Below are positions 9,254 through 18,797 of a DNA stretch of 64,000 bases, in pieces; position 1 is the stretch's first letter, and the number at the start of each line of letters is the position of its first letter. This DNA comes from Roseibacillus sp. GTDB taxonomy: Bacteria > Verrucomicrobiota > Verrucomicrobiia > Verrucomicrobiales > Akkermansiaceae. The notes below the pieces were generated by a model, which was given only the letters and a program-made list of their open reading frames with translations, ran no database searches and was not told the DNA's origin. The translations under genes and the position numbers were made by a program. Where the stretch lies: NCBI GenBank assembly GCA_965242925.1, contig CBDEUM010000024.1, forward strand, positions 1-64,000, in the 5' to 3' direction.

Positions 9254-10612
9254 TTGAACCTGCTGCGCGTGTTTCTCTGCGTGTCCCCCCTCCTTCTCTG
9301 CCAGTGCAAGAGCGTGGAAGGAACTAACACCGGGGGGACCACCGAGGCCATCGCGCTGGGGACGCCCATCACGCTCTCGGGAAATACCGGCCGGGACGCA
9401 CGGGCTCTCGGTGGATCCAATCAGATTATCCAACTGGCGGACTGGGGCCGGATGAGCGCGGGCCAGAACTGGTCGAAGATTTTCGGCAAGCACCAAGTCT
9501 ACGGGGAAAAGGGATTTACTGCCAAGGCCGCCCCCCCCCCCCGCCGGGTGCGGAACATTCCGACCTTCAATCGACCGGACGGCAAGGTGCAGATCTACTA
9601 TCGTCTTGAGCACTTCGGTGGAGTGAACGTGGCAAACACCCGCAAGAGCTTCAACGACAACTCGGTGGTTACGGTCACCCCAAACCAGTTGGAACCGTTG
9701 GTAAAGGTGGTGCAGGCCCATCTCGGGGACCAGGGGACGGTCTCGGCCCTGCCCTCTGAAAACGTTCTCGTCATCACCTGCGCGCAGGCCTCCCAGAACA
9801 GCGTGATGCAGTTGATGGAACACATCGATTCCGGTCGCAAGCAGGTGGAGATCGCGGTGCGTATCTTTGAAGTTGCCGATGACTTTGACATGCAGGTGGG
9901 GATGAACTCGCTACTCAAGCATCTGGGCACCTCCAACTCACAGGCCCTGCTGGGAAATTTCAGCCCGGCCTCTTTTGTGGGCAGGGTGGTAGATCCCCTC
10001 AACGGGGTCGGGCCGGATCCCGGCGGCATGTTGAATCTGGTGGGGCTGCTGCAGAAAGCGGGGATCGGAATCGACGTGACGCTTGAGGCACTTGAGCGCT
10101 CGGGAATGGTGAAGGTGGTGTCCCAGCCTCGCATGACGGTGGAAGCAGGGCAACCTGCATACATGATGGCGGGACAGGAGCTCCCCATCCGGGAGGGACG
10201 CCTCACCAACGACAAATTCGTAACCGAGAAAATCTCCTACAAGCCGGTTGGTGTGCAGCTTCATATCACCCCCCAGTCGATTGGACAGGACAGCGTGAAG
10301 CTGCACATTCTCACCGTGGTGTCGGCGGTCTCGGGGTTCACGCCCCTGCCCAGCCTGAAAAATAACGAGATCAAGGGTCAGCTCATGAACCCGGTGCTCG
10401 ATACCCGGCAGGCGGAGACGAGGGTGGAAGTGCCCCACGGAAGCACCCTGGCCTTTGGCGGCCTGCGCATGGCGCGCCAGATCGGGCGCGAAGAGAAGAT
10501 TCCTATTCTCGGAGATGCCCCCGGGATCGGGAAACTCTTCAAGAGCAAGCGGAAGCAGAAGACGATGAGCGATCTTTACTTCTTCGTGACGCCACACCTG
10601 GTGAGCCCGTAG
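9254..10612 (+). CDS. secretin (GspD/PilQ/RcpA family), probable lipoprotein
   Basis: QVEIAVRIFEV, SQPRMTV..GQPA...AGQELPI, YKPVGVQLHITP, KIPILGDAPGIGKLFKS, LYFFVTPHLV. Probable TTG start at 9254 with an LLLCQ-C lipobox-like leader; the ORF is open from 9143. Confidence 0.85.
   Translation: MNLLRVFLCVSPLLLCQCKSVEGTNTGGTTEAIALGTPITLSGNTGRDARALGGSNQIIQLADWGRMSAGQNWSKIFGKHQVYGEKGFTAKAAPPPRRVRNIPTFNRPDGKVQIYYRLEHFGGVNVANTRKSFNDNSVVTVTPNQLEPLVKVVQAHLGDQGTVSALPSENVLVITCAQASQNSVMQLMEHIDSGRKQVEIAVRIFEVADDFDMQVGMNSLLKHLGTSNSQALLGNFSPASFVGRVVDPLNGVGPDPGGMLNLVGLLQKAGIGIDVTLEALERSGMVKVVSQPRMTVEAGQPAYMMAGQELPIREGRLTNDKFVTEKISYKPVGVQLHITPQSIGQDSVKLHILTVVSAVSGFTPLPSLKNNEIKGQLMNPVLDTRQAETRVEVPHGSTLAFGGLRMARQIGREEKIPILGDAPGIGKLFKSKRKQKTMSDLYFFVTPHLVSP
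9531..9542 (+). repeat. poly-C homopolymer (12 nt) inside the secretin gene
   Basis: Direct reading: G at 9530, then 12 C, encoding A-P-P-P-R. Confidence 0.9.
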
Positions 10613-10658
10613 TGCCCCGGCGAGTGCCCTGCAAACCCCACTGATTGCCGGGCTACGC

Positions 10659-11873
10659 TCAGGGGCTGACGTCCAGACAGATTGCCTCCCCGTTGTTATT
10701 CCGGGCGATCAGCTTTCCGTCGGACACCGCGAAGGGGGACCAGCATTTACGCGGGAGGATCTTGAGGCGGCCGGTCTCCGTAAAGCCCCGGTCGCTCACC
10801 TTGCCCGCTACCAGGTCGCCGGTTTCGGAAAGGAGGACGAAGGTATCGCCCAGCAGGGCCGAGGAGGCGCGGGTGCCGGGCATTTCCTTGCGCCAGTGGA
10901 TCTTCCCACTAGGGAGGTCCATGCGGATGAGTTCGGCATCGATCCGTTTGTCGCCGAAGACCCCGGTGATGCTGTTGCCGGTGCGCACGCTGTTCTGGAA
11001 GATCATGCGGATGTCCTGGTCGCGGTGAAGAATCTTCGGGCTGGGGCCGGTAACATCGAGGACGGCGTAGCCCATGCCGTAGCCGGAGGCGAAGAAGACC
11101 TTGCCATCGTGGTAGTGCGGATTACTGGCATTGACGTCGTAGGAGGTTTTCCAGCGATGCTGGAAAAGGATCCTGCCCTTGGCCGACAGGTCATGGGCCA
11201 CGACGGTGCGGCCGTAGAAGACGAGGGCGGCTTTCGTCCCTTCGATGGTAGTGAGGACGGGGGCCGAGTAAGCGGAACGCTGCACGTTGGTGGTGTGCCA
11301 GGCGACCGAGCCGCTTTTCTTGTCGAGGGCATAGAAGGCGCCGTCCTTGGAACAGGGCAGGACGTAGACCAGGTCACCGTCCACCACCGGAGAAGCAGTG
11401 AAGCCCCAGCCGCCCGCCTTGCCTCCGAAATCGCTCTTCAGGTGTTTGCGCCAGATGGGACGTCCGTCGGAGAGGTTGAGGCAGAAGAGGACCCCGGACT
11501 TGCTCAGGGTGTAGACGCGGCTGCCGTCGACGGTGGGAGTGGTGTTTGGTCCGCCCTCATAGAGATTTGGGCTGAGCTTTTCAGGATACTGGTGTCGCCA
11601 GATGGATTTACCGGTCTGTGCGTTGAGGCAGCGCACAATGTCGTTGCGCCCGTCATTGCCAGCCACCAGGGCCTTCCCCCCGACAATGGCCCAGCTGCCG
11701 CACCCCTTGCCGACCTCCGTCTTCCAGAGGGTCCGGGGAGGATTCTTGCGCCAGTCACCATTGATTTTTTCAGACGAGATGGCGTCTCCCCGGGGGCCGA
11801 GATACTGGGGCCAGTCAGCGGCGGGAAGGGTGGGGACGAAGACACCAAGGGCGAAGAAGGGGAAGAACTTCAT
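10659..11873 (-). CDS. PQQ-binding-like (BamB-like) beta-propeller protein
   Basis: Signal peptide, DWPQYLGP, and repeated L..(T/S)G..(I/L)W blades. Confidence 0.85.
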   Translation of the reverse strand: MKFFPFFALGVFVPTLPAADWPQYLGPRGDAISSEKINGDWRKNPPRTLWKTEVGKGCGSWAIVGGKALVAGNDGRNDIVRCLNAQTGKSIWRHQYPEKLSPNLYEGGPNTTPTVDGSRVYTLSKSGVLFCLNLSDGRPIWRKHLKSDFGGKAGGWGFTASPVVDGDLVYVLPCSKDGAFYALDKKSGSVAWHTTNVQRSAYSAPVLTTIEGTKAALVFYGRTVVAHDLSAKGRILFQHRWKTSYDVNASNPHYHDGKVFFASGYGMGYAVLDVTGPSPKILHRDQDIRMIFQNSVRTGNSITGVFGDKRIDAELIRMDLPSGKIHWRKEMPGTRASSALLGDTFVLLSETGDLVAGKVSDRGFTETGRLKILPRKCWSPFAVSDGKLIARNNNGEAICLDVSP

Positions 11874-11954
11874 AAGGAGGAGTGTGTATTCCTGTCCATA
11901 TAACCTTTCGCTTGGCGCTTGCAAAGCACCACCCCCCGATCAGCCTACACCGCT

Positions 11955-14114
11955 ATGTCCAAACTTGCGATCACCTTTCATTTGAAGGCCCTGCTGGGCG
12001 TTCTCCTTCTCCTCCCCGGAGGGATTTGGGCGGAGATTATCCAAACTCTTCCCGAAATCCGGGTCACCGCCTCCGCTGACGGCGCGGGCGCGGGTGAGGG
12101 CGACCTTGATGAGACCGTCCTCGCGCCAGAGGATCTGGAGCGTTTCGGCGTTGAGACCCTGGAGGACTTGAGCGCCCTCGCGCCCAACCTGCACTTCGTG
12201 GACAGCGATACACGGGGCTATGGCAACGTGGTTTCGATGCGGGGGCTCAGCAATACGCTCTTCTTCGGTCCGGCGGCGGTTGGACTCTACATCGACGACG
12301 TGCCCTTCAGCGACGCCTTCACCTACGCTTCCAACCTTCTCTCCCTGGAATCAGCCCGTGTGCATCATGGGCCGCAGGGCGCGAACTTCGGGGCCAACGG
12401 AGCGGCGGGGATGATTAATCTCACCACCCTGCAAGCGGGAGACAGCTGGCAGGACTCGGCCAGTCTGGAGTATGGCTCCTACGACTCGCGGGCGGTGACC
12501 TATTCTTCAAGCGGCCCCCTTGCGGACACCCCCTTCGGCCACACCTTCCAGCTCTACTGGAAGGAGCGGGATGGCTTCGTGCGGAACCGCACCCTCGGGG
12601 GCCGTCCGGACGATCGCTCCGTTTTGGGCGGGGTGGCCTCTCTGCTCTGGTCGCCCAGCGAGGACACCGAGATCAAGTTCCGGGTCATGGCCGAGCGGGT
12701 GGAAGACGGAGGGCAGCGGTTGACGGCCCTTCCAATTTCGCAGAATCCCCTGCTTGGCGCACCGTTTGATCCCTTTGGCGGCCTGCCGCTCATTCCCAAC
12801 CAGGCTTTTACCGGTGATATCCACACGGTGGACTCCGATCTCCGGGGGCAGAATGAAAGCGAGCGCTACCAACTGTCCCTGCACGTTACGAGAGACCTTG
12901 GCTGGGCGACGGCGAAATCCATTGCCTCCTACCAGAGCTGGGACCTGGGCCCACAGACGGTGGACCTGGATCTCTCCCCGGCGCCCTTGGCCACTTCTTC
13001 GATTGAGCAACGCCAGACACTCCGGACCAATGAATTCCGTCTCCAGAGCCCGGAGGGAGCAGGGCCACTCGCGTGGCGCAGCGGCTTCTTTTTCATGGAC
13101 AAAAAGAACAGCGGGGCCACTCGGCGCCAGTTTCCGGCCAACCCGCTTGATCCTTTCAACAGCCTTTTGGTGGAGAATAACCGCTTCTCTATCGGGCAGG
13201 AAAGTTTCGCGGCCTATGGGAAGGTCAACTACGAACTCGGCAAGGGGATGTCGCTGGAAGCCGGCGCACGGGCGGAACTTGTCGAGGCCAGTTTGGACCG
13301 GGTCAAGGCGCCCAATCCTGCCTTTGGAATCCCGGCCGTTGTTCTCAAGGAGAATCGGCACGAAGGGTATTTCTCCCCCACGGCCGGGGCGTCCTATCAG
13401 GTGAATGAGAATCTCACTGCATTCGTGCGCTCCGGTCTCGGAATCAAACCGCACGGCTACTCGGCGTTCAGTGACGATCCTGCTACTGCGTCCTTTGAGG
13501 ACGAGCGGAACTGGTCCAACGAGATCGGTCTCCAATTCCGGAATGAAGAGAGCCGCATGAATGCGGTAGTGCGCGCCTTCTGGAACGAGATCGAGGATTA
13601 CCAACTCAATGCACAGAACCCGCGTTCGACCGACTTCGTGGTGGTGAACGCCGACGAGGTGAGATCCCGAGGCATGGAAGCGGAGTTGCAGTGGCGCCCG
13701 ATCGAGCCCCTTCTCCTGCACGGGACGGCGGGCTACACGGACGTTCAGTTCGAGGATTACACCGATGCCTTCACCGGTGCCGACCGTGCCGGGAATGCGG
13801 TCCCCTTCATCCCGGAGTTCACTGCGAGCGCCGGATTTCGGTATGACCTGGCCGGGGGATTCTTTGTCGGGTCATCGGTTCGTGCGACGCTGGACACCTA
13901 CTACGATGCCGCCAATACGGAGGCCTTCAGCGAGGCAGGTTGCTGGGTCTGGGATGCTCAGGTGGGTTACGAGCAGGAGAACTGGTCGGTCACGGTGTTC
14001 GGGCGAAACCTCCTGGACGAGGGCTACTATACCTTCATGAATCCGCAGATCGCGGCCGGGGCCCCTGGGGATCCCCAGTTATTTGGGGTTCGCGTGGATC
14101 TTGATATCTGGTAG
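11955..14114 (+). CDS. TonB-dependent outer-membrane receptor
   Basis: Signal peptide, EIRVTA TonB-box-like segment, plug motifs (SMRG, VGLYIDDVP, GPQGANFG..GAAGMIN), FGRNLLDE.YY, C-terminal aromatic residue (VDLDIW). Confidence 0.9.
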   Translation: MSKLAITFHLKALLGVLLLLPGGIWAEIIQTLPEIRVTASADGAGAGEGDLDETVLAPEDLERFGVETLEDLSALAPNLHFVDSDTRGYGNVVSMRGLSNTLFFGPAAVGLYIDDVPFSDAFTYASNLLSLESARVHHGPQGANFGANGAAGMINLTTLQAGDSWQDSASLEYGSYDSRAVTYSSSGPLADTPFGHTFQLYWKERDGFVRNRTLGGRPDDRSVLGGVASLLWSPSEDTEIKFRVMAERVEDGGQRLTALPISQNPLLGAPFDPFGGLPLIPNQAFTGDIHTVDSDLRGQNESERYQLSLHVTRDLGWATAKSIASYQSWDLGPQTVDLDLSPAPLATSSIEQRQTLRTNEFRLQSPEGAGPLAWRSGFFFMDKKNSGATRRQFPANPLDPFNSLLVENNRFSIGQESFAAYGKVNYELGKGMSLEAGARAELVEASLDRVKAPNPAFGIPAVVLKENRHEGYFSPTAGASYQVNENLTAFVRSGLGIKPHGYSAFSDDPATASFEDERNWSNEIGLQFRNEESRMNAVVRAFWNEIEDYQLNAQNPRSTDFVVVNADEVRSRGMEAELQWRPIEPLLLHGTAGYTDVQFEDYTDAFTGADRAGNAVPFIPEFTASAGFRYDLAGGFFVGSSVRATLDTYYDAANTEAFSEAGCWVWDAQVGYEQENWSVTVFGRNLLDEGYYTFMNPQIAAGAPGDPQLFGVRVDLDIW

Positions 14115-14203
14115 TCGTCTCGGCCCGAAGCCAGTCCATTCTGGCGGATGGATGCGGGAATTCAGGGGAAGGACCGCATGAGTTCCTGCGTAGAAAACGA
14201 TCC

Positions 14204-16483
14204 ATGACGACACTTCGATTCTTTGCCTGCCTGTCCGTTCTGGCCGCTCTTGTGGTGGCCACCACCACCCTTGCGGCTCCGCCCAAGGCGACCGGTCTCC
14301 TGAACTGGAGGGGCCCTGACCAGACGGGAGCCCTGCCGGGAACCGGGTATCCGGAGAAATGGGGTGGTCCCGGCGGGGACAGCCACCTCTGGACCTACAA
14401 GGTGAAGGGCGGGGGCACCCCGGTGATCGCCAACGGAAAGCTCTATACCTTTGGCTACTATGACGACCCGAAGGATCTCAGCGAGGTCCAGGAGGCTCTC
14501 ATCTGTCTCGATCCCGAAACGGGCAAGCTGGAGTGGGAGTATCGCTTCCGCGATTATATCAGTGATGTGGTCTACAACCGTTATGCGGTAGGGTCGCCGA
14601 TCGTCGATGCCGAAACCGGCAACATCTACCTGCAGGGATCGAACGGGCGCCTGATGGCTTTCAGCTCCGACGGCAAGAAGCTCTGGGAGCACTCCCTCGT
14701 TGAGCAACTTGCCCGCCTCACCTTTCCCAACGGCCGCACGGGATCGCTCGGGCTGCAGGGTCCGGTGGTCATCGTGCACTGCGTCACGGCCAACTGGGGG
14801 AGGACCGGGCCGGCGCGCGACCGGCTTTATGCCTTCGACAAGATCACGGGCGAACTGGTCTGGTACTCCACTCCGGGGACAGTGCCGGATGACAGCTCCT
14901 TTGCCATGCCGGTTTATGCCAGCATCGAAGGTCACCGGGTGGGCTACACCGGTCACGGGTGCGGAAATATTACGAGCGTGGACATGCGAACCGGCAAGGC
15001 CCTCTGGCGCTTCCAGTTCGCCAAGGGCGGGATCAACTCGCAGATTCTCAAGTATGGGGAGGACAAGCTCATTGCCATCCACGGCAAGGAGAACGTGGAT
15101 ACCACGGCCAAGGGACGTCTCATCTGTCTCAAGGTGCCCACCACTTACAATGCGGGTAAGCCGATGGTTCTTCCGGCCACGGTGGAAGTGTGGCGCAATG
15201 AGGAGCACGTGGCCTTCACCAGTTCCCCGGCACTGGTGGGCGACCGGCTCTACACCACTGTCGCAACCGGCGAACTGATCTGTGTGGACGCGAAGACCGG
15301 CAAGACGGTCTGGAAGAAGAAGCTGGGCCCCGATCAGCTTCACGCGTCGCCGGCCTACGCCGACGGCAAGCTTTACGTCCCCCTGGCGGATGGAGTTTTC
15401 TACATCCTCAAGCCGGGGGAGGACGGCGTAGAGGAGCTCAGCAAGGTCCACCTGCACACGCCCTGCCTGGGGACGCCGGCTCTCTGGAACAGGAAATGTT
15501 TCCTCATGACCAAGGATGGCCTGCATTGCTTCGGCGAGCAGGGCGAGGCTACCGCGGAAGCGCCCAAGCCGGTCACCCCTGAGGAAGTGGGCCCCGTGGC
15601 CCAGATTCAGGTCGTCCCGGCCGAATTTTCCCTCACCCCGGGGAGCAAGCAGGTGTTCACGGTCTGGGGACTCGATGACAAGGGGCGCCGGGTCAGGAAA
15701 ATGGAAGACGCCCAGTGGGAACCCTTTATTCCGCCCACTGCGCGAGTAAAGGCCAAGGTGGATGCTGCCTTTAAGGGGGATACTTTGGTCGCCGGTCCGG
15801 AGGCCAAGCTTTCAGCCGGGGCCTTCAAGGCCAGCGTGGACGGAATGACTGCTACCACACGCGGGCGCGTGATCGCCTCCATCGGTTATAGCGCTGATTT
15901 CGAGAGCACTCCCCTCCCCATGAAAAATGATGCCGGGGAAGCCGTAAACTTTCCTCCGCTGCCCTGGCTCGGAGCCCGCATCAAGTGGCACGTGCTCAAA
16001 CATGATGGCAGCCAGGTGATTGCCAACCGGCTCGACAACGTGCTTTTCCAGCGTACGATGAACTTCTTCGGCGATCCCGAGCTCAGCAACTACGTGCTGG
16101 AAGCGGATGTTGCCACCGACGGCAACCGCCGGGTGATGTCGACCATCGGCCTGGTAAACCAGCGCTACCTGATCACCCTGGACGGGAACCGCCGCATTCT
16201 GGAAGTCAGCTCCAACCATGAGCGGGTGAAGGAGAGCGTGAAGTTCCCGATCCGGCCCAATACCTGGTACCATCTCAAGACCCATGTGATACGCGGGGAG
16301 GACGGGAAGGGAGTGGTTCGGGCCAAGGCCTGGCTGCGCGACCAGCCCGAGCCTGCGGAGTGGACTATCGAGGTGAAGCTCGATGATGTCCACGAGAAGG
16401 GCGCCCCCGGGATTTTCGCCTTCTCCCCGCAGGTCCAGAAACGGGTCTATATCGATAATATCAAACTCAGCGCCGCCCAGTAA
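14204..16483 (+). CDS. secreted PQQ-like beta-propeller protein with Ig-like and concanavalin/LamG-like C-terminal domains
   Basis: Signal peptide, NWRGP, propeller blades. The C-terminal beta-rich region (WYHLK...VRAKAW..DQPEPAEW...G..G.F..IDNIKL) resembles a lectin-like fold. Confidence 0.8.
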   Translation: MTTLRFFACLSVLAALVVATTTLAAPPKATGLLNWRGPDQTGALPGTGYPEKWGGPGGDSHLWTYKVKGGGTPVIANGKLYTFGYYDDPKDLSEVQEALICLDPETGKLEWEYRFRDYISDVVYNRYAVGSPIVDAETGNIYLQGSNGRLMAFSSDGKKLWEHSLVEQLARLTFPNGRTGSLGLQGPVVIVHCVTANWGRTGPARDRLYAFDKITGELVWYSTPGTVPDDSSFAMPVYASIEGHRVGYTGHGCGNITSVDMRTGKALWRFQFAKGGINSQILKYGEDKLIAIHGKENVDTTAKGRLICLKVPTTYNAGKPMVLPATVEVWRNEEHVAFTSSPALVGDRLYTTVATGELICVDAKTGKTVWKKKLGPDQLHASPAYADGKLYVPLADGVFYILKPGEDGVEELSKVHLHTPCLGTPALWNRKCFLMTKDGLHCFGEQGEATAEAPKPVTPEEVGPVAQIQVVPAEFSLTPGSKQVFTVWGLDDKGRRVRKMEDAQWEPFIPPTARVKAKVDAAFKGDTLVAGPEAKLSAGAFKASVDGMTATTRGRVIASIGYSADFESTPLPMKNDAGEAVNFPPLPWLGARIKWHVLKHDGSQVIANRLDNVLFQRTMNFFGDPELSNYVLEADVATDGNRRVMSTIGLVNQRYLITLDGNRRILEVSSNHERVKESVKFPIRPNTWYHLKTHVIRGEDGKGVVRAKAWLRDQPEPAEWTIEVKLDDVHEKGAPGIFAFSPQVQKRVYIDNIKLSAAQ

Positions 16484-16508
16484 ATCGACCTTCAATCATT
16501 TTCAAGAC

Positions 16509-18449
16509 ATGAAACTCAAACTAGCCTTTCCTCTTTTTGTCAGTCTCGGGCTCGGTCCGATCCTCTCTTCCTGCCAGGACAACGGTCCTGCGGATGCCGG
16601 GGGCAGTGCGGATGGCGGTGGGAGCGCGGATGCCGGTGGGAGTGCGGATGCCGGTGGGAGTGCGGATGCCGGTGGGAGTGCGGATGCCGGTGGGAGTGCG
16701 GATGCCGGTGGGAGTGCGGATGCCGGTGGGAGTGCAGATGCCGGTGGGAGTGCAGATGCCGGGGAGGCTCTTTCCAAGGGCGAGGACTGGCCCACCTGGG
16801 GCCGCGACTCGACCCGCAACATGGTGGGCAAGGCCAAGAACCTTCCCGTGGAGGTGAATCCCGGGGAGATGAACGACGAAACCGAGGAGATCGATCTCAA
16901 GACCACCAAGAACATCCGATGGATTGCCAAGCTCGGATCGCAGTCCTACGGGAATGTCTCCGTTGCCCACGGCAAGGTGTTCGCAGGCACCAACAACGAA
17001 TCCCCCCGCGACAAGCGCAACGTGGTGGATCGCGGTAACCTGGTGTGTTTTGATGAGAAGACCGGCGAGTTTCTCTGGCAGCTGGTCACGCCCAAGCTCG
17101 GGGCCCGGAAGGTGAGCGACTGGGAATACGTGGGGATCTGCTCCTCCCCTCACATCGAAGGGGATCGCCTCTGGGTGGTAACCAACCGGGGCGAGGTGAT
17201 CTGCCTCGACATGAACGGGCTGGCAAATGGCAATGATGGTCCGTTCAAGGATGAGCAGAAGTATTACGGCGCCGGGTTTGCCGGCCTGGCCAAGGCGCGG
17301 GATGTAACCGTGGACGGGGAAACCCGGACCCTCTCAGAAGCACATGCAAAACTGGTGGAAAGCTTGACCAAGCAGATCGAGGGAGGGGCTGAAGGCGATG
17401 CCCTCAAGGCGGCGCAAGGCCGTCGCAAGAGCACCTTCGCGGAAGGCGCTCCCAAGATCGACAACACCTATGCTGACATTCTCTGGATCTTTGACATGCG
17501 TGACGCGGACGACGGGGTGGGGGTTTTCCCGCACAACGTGTCGAGCTGTTCGCCCCTCGTGCACGGCGATATTCTCTACACCGCCACTTCCAACGGGGTG
17601 GACTGGTCGCACACCAATATCCCGGGCGAATTCATTCCCGGCCTCATCGCCCTCGACAAGAACACCGGCAAGCTTCTGGGAGAGGAGATTTCCGGGGTTT
17701 CCGAAAGGGTGCTGCACGCCAGCTGGAGTTCGCCTGCCATCGGCAAGGTCAAGGACAAGGACATGCTCGTCTGGGGCGGGGGAGATGGCTTTGCCTACGG
17801 GTTCAATCCCATCCCGGTGATGGATGAGGACGAGGGGGTCGCGGTCCTGAAGGAACTCTGGCGCTACGATGGCAATCCGCCGCACTTCCGGCACAAGGCC
17901 GATGGCTCGCCCATCAAGTATGCCACCTTTAAGGGCCCCAATGAAATCATCGGGACGACTGTGATTAACGATGGGCTTGTTTACATCGTCACCGGGCAGG
18001 ATCCGGAGCACGGCGACGGGGTGGGCATGCTGAGTTGCCTCGACCCCAGCGGGACGGGGAATCTGAGTGGAAAAGCGGTCTGGACCTACGAGTACGGGGA
18101 TGGCTCCGGAATCGGACGCTCCATCTCAACTCCGAGTATCACCGACGATGGCCTCGTCATCTGTGCGGAGTACGACGGGGACATCCACTGTGTGGACGCC
18201 AAGACCGGCAAGGCCTACTGGGTGCACGAAACCGGGAGCCGGGTGTGGGCCTCCACCCTGGTGGCGGACGGCAAGGTCTTCCTTGGCACCGAGGACGGCG
18301 AAGTGGTGATCCTGGGGGCCACCAAGGAGAAGAAGCACCTCGGGACCATCGAGCTCCACGCCCCGATATACAGCTCGGCAGTGGTGGCCAACGATACGGT
18401 CTACGTGGCGACCCAGACCCACCTGTATGCCATCGGGACCGTTGAGTAG
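16509..18449 (+). CDS. PQQ-like beta-propeller lipoprotein with (ADAGGS)n linker
   Basis: Lipobox ILSS-C, repeat linker, DWPTWGRD..RN, propeller blades to the C-terminus. Confidence 0.85.
   Translation: MKLKLAFPLFVSLGLGPILSSCQDNGPADAGGSADGGGSADAGGSADAGGSADAGGSADAGGSADAGGSADAGGSADAGGSADAGEALSKGEDWPTWGRDSTRNMVGKAKNLPVEVNPGEMNDETEEIDLKTTKNIRWIAKLGSQSYGNVSVAHGKVFAGTNNESPRDKRNVVDRGNLVCFDEKTGEFLWQLVTPKLGARKVSDWEYVGICSSPHIEGDRLWVVTNRGEVICLDMNGLANGNDGPFKDEQKYYGAGFAGLAKARDVTVDGETRTLSEAHAKLVESLTKQIEGGAEGDALKAAQGRRKSTFAEGAPKIDNTYADILWIFDMRDADDGVGVFPHNVSSCSPLVHGDILYTATSNGVDWSHTNIPGEFIPGLIALDKNTGKLLGEEISGVSERVLHASWSSPAIGKVKDKDMLVWGGGDGFAYGFNPIPVMDEDEGVAVLKELWRYDGNPPHFRHKADGSPIKYATFKGPNEIIGTTVINDGLVYIVTGQDPEHGDGVGMLSCLDPSGTGNLSGKAVWTYEYGDGSGIGRSISTPSITDDGLVICAEYDGDIHCVDAKTGKAYWVHETGSRVWASTLVADGKVFLGTEDGEVVILGATKEKKHLGTIELHAPIYSSAVVANDTVYVATQTHLYAIGTVE
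16590..16766 (+). repeat. 18-bp tandem repeat, 9 full copies plus 1 partial (consensus gcggatgccggtgggagt)
   Basis: Read directly; in frame, encodes ADAGGS. Confidence 0.95.
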
Positions 18450-18549
18450 GCGGGGTCAGGCCGGGAGTTCCCGCATCCGTGTTTGACACCCTGTGGGCGA
18501 TTCAGGGAAGATATCCGGGACGTGGGTCGATCACGACCCGGCTCTCCGT

Positions 18550-18777
18550 ATGAAAAAGCACTCCCTCGTCTTCCTGGCTGTCTTTGTCATTTTGGCCGTT
18601 CTGCACCAGGACGTCTGGAACTGGGACAGCTCCAAACTTGTCTTTGGCTTCATGCCCGTCGGGCTTGCCTATCATGCGGCCTACTCAGTGATGGCCGCGA
18701 TTTTCTGGGGGATTGTGGTCAAGGTGGCATGGCCGGATGACTTGGAAGAGTGGGCCGAGGGAGGAGAGGGACACTAA
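18550..18777 (+). CDS. small membrane protein, DUF3311-like partner of sodium:solute symporter
   Basis: Two hydrophobic helices, LHQDVWNW...FGFMP motif, directly upstream of an SSS gene. Confidence 0.75.
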   Translation: MKKHSLVFLAVFVILAVLHQDVWNWDSSKLVFGFMPVGLAYHAAYSVMAAIFWGIVVKVAWPDDLEEWAEGGEGH

Positions 18778-18797
18778 TCACGGCACCCTGAAGAATA

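Noticed and set aside
16590..16766. Possible CRISPR array
   Set aside because: The repeats are directly adjacent with no spacers, lie in frame within a CDS, and no cas genes are present.
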